Positions 26,155 to 37,809 of a stretch of DNA of 38,953 nucleotides are shown here, piece after piece. Numbering within the stretch: the stretch's first letter is position 1; every line of letters begins with the position of its first letter. The translations under genes were made by a program, and so were the position numbers. Under the pieces are notes generated by a model. It was not told the DNA's origin, searched no databases, and saw only the letters and a list, made by a program, of their open reading frames with translations. The stretch comes from Bigelowiella natans CCMP2755 (taxonomy: Eukaryota > Protista > Cercozoa), in the NCBI GenBank assembly GCA_000320545.1, contig ADNK01000767.1:1-38953 (forward strand), written 5' to 3'.

Positions 26155-27788
26155 GGTTTGGCCGGAAATAATAATCAATAGTACAGAAGTCCCTACTTTT
26201 CTTGCAACAACAACAACACTAATAACTGATTAGTAGCGTATTGTGGTGTGGTGGGGTGGCAGTAATAATCGTGAATAAAAGAAGGATACTACCTCCGCGA
26301 ATAAGGCGTAGAACAACGCTTCCTAACACGAGCACCAAACTTTATGTCAGTGCTTAGCTAGTTTCGCGCTGCTGCGTGCTTGACCTGCTGCTGATACAGG
26401 AAGTAGAACGCATTTCCCGTCAGGATCGAGAACAACAGACCTTTAATTATCATTCGCATCGTGACAACACATAGTCCAGTGGAGGCGAACGGCAAGATGT
26501 CCACACTGCACGAAAGTCGAGTCCCCACTACCACGCGTACCCACCGTTGACCGTGATGAAGTTCTGGACAAATTGAGATTGGTCCTGTAATATGTCAACA
26601 TACAACCTGTTTGTTACTGCATGATTGATTCATCAGATGGGTCAGCACAATGACTACATATCCGGGCATGTGTTCGAAATATGTGAAAATTGCAGAAATA
26701 TGTCCTTCCATCGTAGCATCATCGCATCAGCATCAGCAATCGACATTATCGATACTACACTTCATACGTTAGAAAGAACGTAAACTTCGCCCATATCAAG
26801 AAAGGAGCGAATAGCTATGGAGATGACAGGGAACAGAAGCATCCCCAACACAGATGCTCCGATTGCCTGTAATATGCACCGCTGTCAGCACTACGGAGAC
26901 GTTTATCACATTATTTTTGTTAGACAATACTGGGAGAATGATTCTTCGTATAGATTTCGAATCGAACTCGGAACTACCACTCCTTTTGAAACCTATCAGG
27001 GAGGAGGAGGAGGACTACTTTGAGACTCTACCATATTTAAGTGAGTGGACTGAATTTCGGCATTATGGAAGAATCATTCTCTTACGATGTAGCTGTTTAG
27101 AATCCAAATTTGAATAGTTATATGGAGTAGCAGCCGATTCTGAATTTAGGAGGAGAAACAATGTTCACGCCAGCAAAAACCGAATAGTGATGATGCACGC
27201 CAAGGAGTAGTCGTACCTTGTTCAAATTCTTCGTATTCTGACCATGCCTCGTCGGCAATGTATTGATCATGCATAGGATCGTGATTTCCTCCGTAGCCTT
27301 GGCCGATTTGGGGCCGGGAGTATCTTTGATTTCGATTGTAGCCGTTGCTTCGATACATTCCTTGCCCATCTGAGTTCATGTTTGTGTGTGGACAGCGGCC
27401 CTCTCTATTTTGAGTACAAAGAAGACAACAACCTTCGTAATTAGAGCTGGGAGGCAAGCACCATCGTCTTGCACAAAACTTATGTCTCGTGGCACTTGGA
27501 CGAGGTCGTCGGGAAGCAACCTCAGGGTTTCTGATGATACAAACATGTGAAACTCATGTGCAATTTATAATCGTGCGGTTGGTAGCGAAACAATTTTGCC
27601 CTCGATATTCCAGGCCCCTCTTCGTTATTACAACTGATTATTGCTCTGATCCTCGAAGGGCTCTGCGCTTACCTCGAATGTGTCCAACGAACCGAAGACA
27701 AAACGTCTCCTCCTCGCCCAGCAGACAGAAGCAAGGAAAACAAAAACAACCAACACACTCCCATCGAAACGAGCCACAGTTTCCGCAT
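22496..27788 (-). CDS. Multi-pass membrane protein, DUF4239/bestrophin-like algal family, with probable bipartite plastid presequence and long Ser/Pro-rich C-terminal tail; multi-exon
   Basis: Spliced exons QFVQNFITVNG|LLFSILTGNAFYFLYQQQ|EALFYALFAE|VSEAKSLLEQ, DDPLESILYLTSVG|VPSIVYETVRSLRQ, GATQRKLPKLQFILL, IELIAFPFLG|AGT, VIHELWSPMG|GVYQVDNVLGQMVMGLEEELDQRF. N-terminus MRKLWLVSMGVCWLFLFSLLLSAG followed by an Arg-rich segment. The family name is from recollection, not a search. Confidence 0.7.
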
Positions 27789-27921
27789 GCCTCTATACTG
27801 TATTTCGATTCCCTTCTCGTTGGATTCAAACTGTTCCCCTCTTTCCCGGTGGCAGCAGTAGCAGCGGCTAAATGGATGGAAGAAAGGGGGGGCCATTGTG
27901 GAGGCCACTGTTGACGTTCGA

Positions 27922-28845
27922 ATGAACAAGCCAGTCACATACACGCAAATGGGATCCTATTCCGGCCTGCGACAACATAATGCGATTGACGCTGCGAGCA
28001 CGATCGTACGAGTACTCATTCGATTGTTTCATCTTTCGGCCTTTTTGGAGGACACCGACTAAACGGCTTGTGTGCGCCCCCTGCGACTACAGAATGATGA
28101 TTTTGCGACTTGTCGCAACGGGGAAATGCGCTCAACGCTCTTCGTGCTCACCACGTCTGATGATCCTTTCGAAATTGGAACCATGTTCATTCATTCATTC
28201 ATGCATTCAAGGAGGACACGGATGAGTCAGTGTGTCCCATGATCCTTTCAACCACTCCAACGGAATCACTTTTTCCTTTCTTTCTGTCTTTGCTAGTTTG
28301 CTTTCTTCGCTTGCTTGTCTAACTAGCTTGTCGCTCACATTCGCATCGTTGTTTCTTTCTTTTTTGTTTTCCTTTCTTTCTTTCCTTCTTCTTCATCCAT
28401 GCGATTTCGTTCATTCATTTTCATCCATTTTCCTCATTCTCCAGTTCTGTCTGATGATCCTCCTGTGCCACATTGGAAGCGTGACACTGTCATTCGATCG
28501 TTCTTGCTAGCTGGCTTGTTGCTAGCTTGCGTGATTTTTTCTTTTTTGCGCGCAGTCATGGCATGCCAAGCAAGCACATGAGCACCAACAAGCATTCCGT
28601 GGTGGTACACGTTTGATGTTCGTGCACGTCGTCCATCCGTCTGTTCATGCAAGCAGAAGTTTGCTGCTGGTCAACTCGATGCAATTCGCGCAGCATGCAA
28701 ACAAATCTAGAACTGTTTGACCACTGCCGCACACAACACTCAGCTCGCCTCCAAGGCGCACAAGACATCGGCATTGCGATCGCGCATTGCAGCTCACATC
28801 GCTCCCAAAGAACCGCAAAGTGTCTTCAAAGATCATGTCCATTAG
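27922..28845 (+). pseudogene. Small (~150 aa) multi-exon gene or gene relic, tyrosine-stripped by apparent TA->CA/TG mutation
   Basis: Pyrimidine-rich intron-like tracts ending in CAG on + (28444, 28555, 28743) and phase-0 exon chain LSDDPPVPHWKRDT|SWHAKQAHEHQQAFRGGTRLMF|KFAAGQLDAIRA|LASKAHKTSALRSRIAAHIAPKEPQSVFKDHVH*. One donor (near 28262-28295) is ambiguous. No homolog recognised. Confidence 0.5.
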
Positions 28846-28999
28846 CATCAGGTCATGCATTCTAGATTTGCATGTGAAAATTCTAGGAAAATTTTCCATG
28901 GTGATCACCACATTTCTACAATGGACATTCTCGTCTCTGTGAATCAAATGCAGATCTCCGACCGGGAAATTCTCCAGTTGGAAACGAATGCGTGTGTGC

Positions 29000-30351
29000 T
29001 TACAAGGAAGACAACTGCTTCTCGTTTGACTTCACTTCGGAATACTTCTTGCGATTGTTCGCAAGATTCTGTCATCACATCATGCACACAATCAAGGAAA
29101 TCGATTTGAAGTTTCTGTGCTCAATTTTTTTTAGGCGTACCTCACACATGCCTTCAACCAACTTCGACGATTCGATGTTATCTTTGACAACATCCCACCA
29201 AGGGACCAATATAGCGTCAATAAACGACATCTACAAACATACATGGAAAACTTAACTCCATCTGTCGAGCAAAAGTAAACAATTAGTAACACGGTTCTAC
29301 CTGTAGCTTCGCTCTCCCCATGGGAGTATCCAAGCCTGAACGAGTTATTATTTATAAGAGTACTCTCTTTTGGAAATCATTTATCAATCTTGCTGCAATA
29401 ATTATTAGGTACCTTTCATGAATGGAGCAACTGGCAACCCACCCTTCACTTCCTTCTCTGCCTGCGCCTATGTAATAATAGTATCGGTTAGGAGAAAATC
29501 AATTAAACGTAACGAGCTTTGAGATTCGGTCTCATGATAATTTGAAACACGAGTGGGTACCATGTCACACTTCTCCATGGTATAACATAAATATATGTCA
29601 ATTATCATCTACAATCACCTGGAACTCATCGCAGACTCGGTCAGCCCATACATTTGCCAACCCCCATTTCAACCCCTAAAATAACTATGTGCATAAATTC
29701 TTTCGATTCATTTTCCTTTTACGAATCTCATGATATGCCTCGCCACATTGGTAAAAATTATGATCGACATCGGGCAGAGTTTGGGCAAAGTCCGACGCTA
29801 GTGTTTTTATTACTCCAACTGTATGTTCCCCAACAAAAACTGAAAACCCTTGCTTGTATTCGCTACATTATCACAAGTACACAGAAGCCTACTACCTGAT
29901 TTGCAAGATCTGCGGAATGAATGACCATTTCCATTACGCTCTAATACGTGGGAAAAACCAGGGAAAAAAGGTTTACGATTAATCCTTAAGTCCGTAAGAT
30001 CAGTTTGCATAACAATTCTACGACAGTGACTGGCTTTTTTACCTGGCGCTCGTCACTAGGTTCACTTTGCCCCTTGTTTTTCTTTTTTTGTGCTATACTT
30101 CGCATCCTCTGCTGCATACTAAAGTGGTGCTTCATATCCTGAAAGGTAATGCAAAATAACGTCACAAATACTACAAAATTATGTTGTAGTTCAGGCGAGT
30201 GAGTCTGGGGAGATACCGTCGCAAGAATGAGCTTGATAATTGTATTCTTCATGCGGAGAAGCTTAGCTCCTGTGTGGTCCTGAGTTGTAAATTGGAACAA
30301 TCTTAGTTCGTAACCAGACTGCCTCACCAAAAGTGAACGAGGGATGAAAGT

Positions 30352-30423
<72 letters not shown>

Positions 30424-33148
30424 GGGGAAAGAGTCTTGGTTAATATTACCTTGAAAACGTTTGTCTTTGGGTTCCTCAATATTTGCATACACACGAAACA
30501 GTGATGATTCTCTAGAACAGATTGATGGTTATATCGCGAGGCCCTTTCAGTTTGGGAGTTGATCTCATAATCATTCGTGTTTCCGGGATGGCCTGCAGGT
30601 TATCAGTTGAATGAATATATATACCCCCGTGGATAGATAGATAATAAGACTGGTGAGTAACAAACATTTCAATGGATGGCTGACTTAAATTAATTTTGAA
30701 ATTCATTTCACATCCTCGATTGCATTAGTGAAATTACCAACGTCGTGACAGATTGCGCTGACGAGAAGGTACAACACCACGGAATGCGACCATCTACTCC
30801 CGCTATCACGAACCTGCACACACAGTAAAAGCATGGAAACAGGCACTCAATATTATACCATGAAGTAATTATCATCCTCCACTTCACGCAGTTAGCTGTT
30901 AGGACAACAAATACCTCGCGGTAGAGAAGATATGTGTGATAGAACACACTAAAGGCGTGCTTCCAGTTGTGGAAAGGGTTATCTTGGTATCTGTTGTACG
31001 TTTGGATTTGAAATCAGCATCAGATTATATTGACTGGTGATCGCTGTTTGTTCGGTGATACTACAACAAACAACTACTACTACCTCTGTCTAACAGAGAG
31101 GAGGAACGTCTTGTAGGTATCGCGCATAGCACTCTCGACTCCCACACGAGAAAATATCTCAACTGCACAAAGTAGTACACGACATTCGTCCCCGTTAGTA
31201 TCATATCAATCACCCATCAATACGAAAAAAGACTCTGCTCAGTAGTACTTGCAAATCTCAAGAGCTCCTCGTCCGTGTGCTCAAACACATTGAAATCAGG
31301 GTCATCCAGATTCACCTGCAGAGTAGTCAACAGCCCGCCTCGGTCAGTAAAAGAGTGGCAGCAGCAGCAGCAGATGCTCTGACCTTGTTGTCAAGACGTA
31401 TTGTTACGCGGCTGAGATCTAACCCGATCGACGACATTTGGTGGTGCAATGTCCTTCTTGTAGTCGCGCACGCCTTGTGCATTTCAATTAGAGATGTCGT
31501 AATCTGCCATAGAAAGAACGGGGTTAGCATTCGTTCGGCAGAATTCCCTCTCCCGATGCACGTAAGGAAATATCATGGTTTTCTTGGCAACAAGGGTTAG
31601 TTATGTGGTACTTGGTTGTGGTTCAAATAAGCCCCCAACGTGCCTGAAATTTAGAGAAAGGGTCATTAGATATTGGTGCATGCAACACGTATTCACATTT
31701 ACAATACCTGCATCGGCGTATTGATGCAATATGTTCCTGATCTGTTTACTCGTGATCTCCAGAGTGTCAACTAAAAGAAAGATAACCGACAGCTTAGCGC
31801 AGGCGAGCGGCATTTGGTTGGTATTCATGAAGGCACAAACCATCGTCCTTGCTGAAAGCTGCGACGTGGGGAAGAGAATCCTGGAAGAGAAACAATGTGC
31901 CAAGTAATGAAACATATTCAAACAATATTCAGACGACATGCTAACCTGGTCTGTACTACTTTTCCGCATCATACTGCTTCTCCGCCTAACAAGTTAATAA
32001 AACACAAGATACAGGCATTTAATGTGGAATCTCTGAGAAATTCCTCTCTCTATACCAGTGAAGATATAAAAGACAAAAAAGACAGGCATTAGGCTCAAAC
32101 TTTGGCCTTACTTTTCTGGGGACAGTAGGAATGACGTCGAGCTTTTGAGTGTCGGCGCTTCCATTTTGTTCACTACTTCCAAGACTGCGAGAGGTTTTTT
32201 CTGGTTTCCTACGAGCATGCTGTTGCCAATGGCGATGAATGAATGTAAGTTGGGAACAGTTTTGACAAACTAAGGATGTTGGCGATATTCTTCTTCTTTT
32301 TTGAGTGATGGTACCAGATGATACTGTGAATGCCTCGTTCAATGGCGTCCTTTCTTATAACTTCCACCTCGCTTTCTGTAGCTGTTAGGGAAAAAACAGG
32401 AACGGAGTTGAATATGGTAATGATTGTGGTCGAAACTGTACGCTTGTTTCTCACCGTTTGCCTCAACTAGAGACTTGGATTGATTCTGCATGACATGTGC
32501 GGGTATACTGTTTTCACTTGAGAGGACCTTATCCTGGATTGTACCATTTGTTTTTGTGTTGGTCAGAGATGCGTTGGAAAGGATATTCGCACAAAAGGTG
32601 AGGGGGATTCTACATCTGCCAGCCGAAGCAGCGTGTTCGAGTGGTGGTCTACGAGATATATCGTGGTAGATGCGGCCTGCGAACGACAAGCTCCATTGAT
32701 TAAGAAGAGGTTTATAATAATGCAAAACTAATCCGAAGAAGTTTATTATTGTCAACAAACCTGGAGCATGTCCGTGATGTAATGCTGTACTCTCGAGGCA
32801 GCTCGGCGGAGAGAGAGGGAAGACTGATGTATTATTCTAAAGGTGAGGGGTGTTCTGGCGCTCTTCAAAGCTGTGATTATCAGACCTCTCGGGCCTCGTT
32901 ACTTATAGCCATTAGCTGCATAAGGAACTTCCCTGTAAGCATTAAATTTCTGTTAATTCGGCATCTTGCATCTGGATGATGAGCCATTTCGTAAACACCT
33001 CTTCGTTCTTCGTTCTTGAGGCTTTGCAGGGCACGCTTTTCTCTTATGATCGCACCCTATATATTCGGACAAATTCACCATTAGTTTGAATCATATACGT
33101 ACTGCTTTGCCATATGCACAACATGCATAGTTGTTTGTGGGTGCGTAA

Positions 33149-33200
<52 letters not shown>

Positions 33201-33567
33201 GCTCAAACCAAAAAATAATCATCACCGCATTGTTTGCAATTGTCTCCAGAATGACTACGTCGTCGTCTGAAAAATGATCGGCTGGTCCCATTTTGTTGAT
33301 AGCCTGTGTGGAAAATATACTGCATTAAAAAATGAGCTGCACTGCTGTTTGAGCTGCTTTAGGGCAAAATGTTGTCCATATTTACTCCGACATCGGTCCA
33401 ACGATATCAAAGTCGTGTGAGTCTTCCAAAGTACAATTCGCATATTTTAAGTAGTATCTGAGCAATCAAAACCAACCTGGATAACCCCCACCACAGACTT
33501 CTTAGCAATGATAGGAACCGTGAGGATTGAACGTGTCCTATATCCAGACTTTTTATCTGATTGGTGA

Positions 33568-33604
<37 letters not shown>

Positions 33605-35607
33605 TGTTTGTGTGTTTATATCGCAAATGTTACCAATTTACGAATGCATCTTCATCCCAGATTATAATCATCATAAAATCAGTATCGAAATTCTTGATTT
33701 ACTCACCAAAATCCTGACAGAACCTTTCATCCTCGTACGCGTTAGCAATATTTATCGTTTTGCTAGTTTGGGCCACGGTACCGACAAGTCCTTTCCCCCA
33801 CTCTACTTCCGATCCCTGGAAACATGCATTGTCAAATCAAATGACCATCACATTGCACTGAAGTAACTGCTGAATAGTTTTCTCTCTGCAACTATACCTC
33901 AAAGTCTTCATCCGCAATGTGACAAAGAAGATACTTATTTTCGCCATCGATTTTGCTATCATTCTGTACGTGAAAACAAATCAGGAAGACCGAAAAGCGA
34001 AGGATGGGAGGTAGGGATTGGCATTTTACCTCAGGTATGAGAGCCAAATCCAATTTCTTAATTCCAGATCTCTTCGCCTATGCAATAATTGTTAACAGTA
34101 TCCCGAAAACATTCGATGATGACCCTTATAAACCTCAGAGTAACATTATAAATAAATGAGGAGAAGAATACCCGAGGCGAAACTTGTGGAAGTGAACGAG
34201 TCTCGACTGTGAACAGGGAGCATTTGTGCGCCCGTAATATTCTTGATGCACTAAGATTGAGCAATTTAATGAATGACTTGAACTTTGACAACCCAATGAT
34301 GTCATGATCGAATCTCACCTTTTCACCATTAATTCCATAGCCTTCTCCGTGGAGAGGTGTAATGAAGACAAATTAGCCAAAGTCCTGTACGCCTCGATCT
34401 AAAGCAAACAATTCTCATCTTAAAGTCAATGTTCAAGCGAATGCCTGCAACATGCTCACCTTTTGTGTCTCGCGCTTGTGTCTCTTCTTAGAGTTCTCCA
34501 GCTGCTGATTTAAGACTCCGATGCATTTCTTCATGTTCCCCCCCTACAATAAAAATATGTGAAACTCATCAAGGTGAAAATAAGATCTCCGAGAGCTAAT
34601 GTTTAGGTACCGTCATCTTTATGAGTTTCTCGATGTCATCATCCTGAAGCATATCGATACTGTCCTGCATTATGGCGACGGTTTTCCCGAGCGCTCGTTA
34701 CTCCCACACCTCCTGGAGAACAAGGTGGGTCAGAGCGTTAATCTGGTGAGAAGGAAAACAAGAAAGGGTGATGCGATGCAATGACTTCGTTCTCTATTTT
34801 GTCAGCCTTGCTTTCCACCGTCCCCCCAAAATTCTTCATATACTATCCTATTGAGCCTATTGAGCAGTTCAAGGAAGGCTCTGTATTCTTGAATCCCTTT
34901 CTCCCCAGTTAGTCTCTCGTTCTCATCTTCCCACCTTATAATTCTCGTCAACTCTTTCCACCGGCAGATCAGAGGTCTCTAGATGGTGTATTCTGTTCAC
35001 GCGAAAAAGTGAAACGGAATCTGTGTGGATCAAGGGCGTTTGCGATATACGGTATGGTTATAACCATGTCGCATGAGAAAATTTATCCACATTCCAATTT
35101 GAGCCACTGATACTGAATAAAATCGAAAAGCAAGTACAATATCTGTTGGATGGCAAAACCCTGGCTAGTTTGCACCACACATCGCCGTTGATCCTGGTCG
35201 TACGTCGAGAAACAATCCCTTTGGGAGATTTTGGTTTTGGGATTTTTCTCGGATCCTTGAACCCGAACCAGGCACGAAGATTCGTTCAGGTCTGAGAGAT
35301 TGTGAGAGATCCTACAGGATCCCCGAGAATCTCCATCTGACCTCGTGGATGGAAAGTAATGGGTGTTCATCCTGAACGCAGAACGATGGCGAACGTCGAA
35401 GAGATCAGCCATCTGTAGCTCACAGGCATTCGAAGGTTCTACCCACTGGGTTCCAGCTTGGAACGTCTTCCCCCTTCGCCACGGAAGATTATGCATAGAC
35501 AGCGCAAGGAGGGGGGCATAGACGGTGAGGAAGCACACGAATGAAGGCGGTGGTCGTCTACAATGCGTTCGCTCTGGTTTGCGCAACTCAGATGGCCTTC
35601 TCGCCAT
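29000..35607 (-). CDS. Class I 3',5'-cyclic nucleotide phosphodiesterase with N-terminal GAF domains (one clear, a second likely); many exons
   Basis: Catalytic motifs NPFHNWKHAFSV, LLVSAICHDVG|HPGNTNDYEINSQ..YNHQSVLENHH, ILAT|DMKHHF, MVIHSADLANQ, WADRVCDEFQ|AQAEKE..GLPVAPFM, AKLQ|MSFIDAILVPWW, NLANNRKKY (stop 29000-29002). GAF: RAHKCSLFTV, GKGLVGTVAQTSKTINIANAYEDERF, DKKSGYRTRSILTVPI..VVGVIQ|AINK..FSDDD. Start uncertain (about 35412-35607). Confidence 0.93.
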
Positions 35608-35667
35608 CGTTGCTCACATCGCCGCCATCAAATTTGAAAGTGGCTACGGTCAGCTCCCCATTGGCTC

Positions 35668-36605
35668 ATGGTATGTTTCTTGGATGAAAAACTCGAGGCG
35701 ATGAGAATTAACACACAGCCACGGGAGATAAGAAAGACGGTTCATTCCTGTAATTTAAAGATGGAACTAGCCTTTACGTCCTCCCACTAGAAGCTTTCGT
35801 ATCACATAAATTTTGCATTTCATTCTGTTTATCAGATTTCCTCATCAATTCCAGTGTCTCGATCCCCCCTTCATCGATCTCGAATGTAAATGCTATTTTT
35901 TTGGCGAATTATGCGGATAAAGGACATTTAAATATTGCAGGATGGGTTCAAATGTGGAATCTGCCGGAGATCTTTCATGTATTTCTCGAAGAATGCTCCA
36001 CAATTATATGCTATTTTCAGAACCAATTTCCTCATTATCATGGATGGAGTTCACGGATGAATTTTTCTCAGGCTACGACATGTTTATACCCAACATATGA
36101 GGACACATACCGGCGAGAAGGTATGGCCGATTCCGACATCTGAAAACGTGGATTAAAGAGCAGTCTATTTTTTCACATTATCAGCCTTTCAAATGCGTAC
36201 ATTGTAACCAAGGCTTTGCGCAGACTGCAACTTTAAGCCGCCACCTGTAAGGAAGAATCTTCACCAAGATTAAAAGTGGAAAGACTAACTGTGTGTTTCT
36301 TTCAGATTCACACACAACCAGGATCCAAATACTTCAATAGGTGTTTCTATTTTCCACCATATGATGCGAGAATCATGTCTTCTAACTGTGGTATTGATTG
36401 ATTGATTGCAGCTTGCAAGTCCTGCAGGCGCACTTTTCGGTAGTAACCCAGCTGCAACTTACTCACAAGTGCATGATCATTTGTTTGACATATGAATTAT
36501 TGGCAGTCTCAAAAGCTCCCTTTCTCGCCATATGGATCTGGTTCATTCGAAAAGTAGTGACCTTGTCATGGATTTGTTCCAACCTTCTATTAGTGCAACG
36601 ATGAC

Positions 36606-36643
<38 letters not shown>

Positions 36644-37764
36644 GCAGCCGCTGAGCTTGAGTGCAAGGAACGAAGCTGTGGGCGCAAATTCACCACAGTA
36701 ATAACACGGCACCATTGTTTCGGAAAATATATGTACTCGTTGAGTGAATGTGAATATGCAGGAGAGACGGCTGGAAGACCACATGAGGATAGTGCATCTT
36801 CGTCCCAGGCCTGTCTGCAACTTTTGCGATCGCGAATTCACAAACAAAGGCAAGTTTACCACACGGAATTCAGCAAGTCCTTGTTCCTAAGTCACAAGTT
36901 GACTTCTTCTTCTTATGTACTGTGTTTTCAGCATCATTAAATTCGCATCTTCTCACCCATATGGTACAATTCATCGGGATTTTGTAATATTTGACCTCTT
37001 GAATCCCATTTAAGCAAGTGCGATTTTTGGATCTTTCTCAGAACTTGAGGCCTTTCGTGTGTAAAGTTTGCAACAGCAGCTTCAGTATACCACCAACATT
37101 TGAATGATGCATTCATGAATTAACTTACTTTTCTCCCTCTCCATACAGCAAGGATAGCAACGCTAAGAATTCACATGAGGTCGTTCTCTTGCAGCAAGCA
37201 TTACTTCTCGGAAAAATAATACAAAATCCTATTTCACACAGGAAACACACCGGATCAAAGCCGTATTCGTGCTCCTTCTGCCAAAGGTATGAATATCTTG
37301 ACCCGCTTGTTGCGCGGAACATCATTGGCTTGTTGTTCTCAGGAACTTTTCGACGATGAGCAACATGCAAACGCACAAAAAGGTGAATAGCCCTCTCTGC
37401 CCTCATGATTTCTTCGCTGATCAACGTTTTTGATCGACTGTTTTATCAGAGACATGACGGAGGGTATCGATACAAATGTCCCAACTGTGATAGCAGATTC
37501 CTATACTTCGCTCAGTATGAAGGACATAAGCAATATGGGTGCCTTCAGACTCGCAGGCCACTAAAATTTGAAAGAAGATCGATACACGGCCGTCGACCAT
37601 TTGATACACTCCAACTTTTGAACAAGGGTTTGTCGCGAAAACGATCTGGGAAGGGCATCGTGATAACCCTGCCTAAGCTCCGAACAAGAAACTCATTTAT
37701 GAAGAAGAACGGATTCATTCCGGCGCTGGGACGTCCGCCTCGTGCGGCTATCGCCAGAAGTTAA
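35668..37764 (+). CDS. Tandem zinc-finger protein: 7 C2H2 fingers plus 1 C2HC finger and a basic C-terminal tail; multi-exon
   Basis: Spliced: FKCGICRRSFMLRHVYTQHMRTHTGEK|PFKCVHC..HLFTH, CKSC..HMDLVH, CKERSC..HMRIVH, CNFC..HLLTH, CKVC..HMRKHTGSKPYSCSFC..HKKRH, YKCPNC..HKQYGC; canonical TGEKP linker. Start at 35668 or 35701. Confidence 0.9.
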
Positions 37765-37809
37765 ATTGAACATATGAAAAAAGATAAGACTGATCAACAC
37801 AAGTACCTG

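Noticed and set aside
28094-28160. Possible box C/D snoRNA (ATGATGA ... CTGA, ~67 nt)
   Set aside because: No convincing terminal stem or recognisable rRNA guide; TGATGA/CTGA words are expected in a TG/CA-enriched region and also fit Asp-Asp codons.
35700-37424. Minus-strand ORFs as an upstream extension of the PDE
   Set aside because: The + strand encodes a coherent 8-finger protein across this interval; the minus ORFs are antisense shadows.
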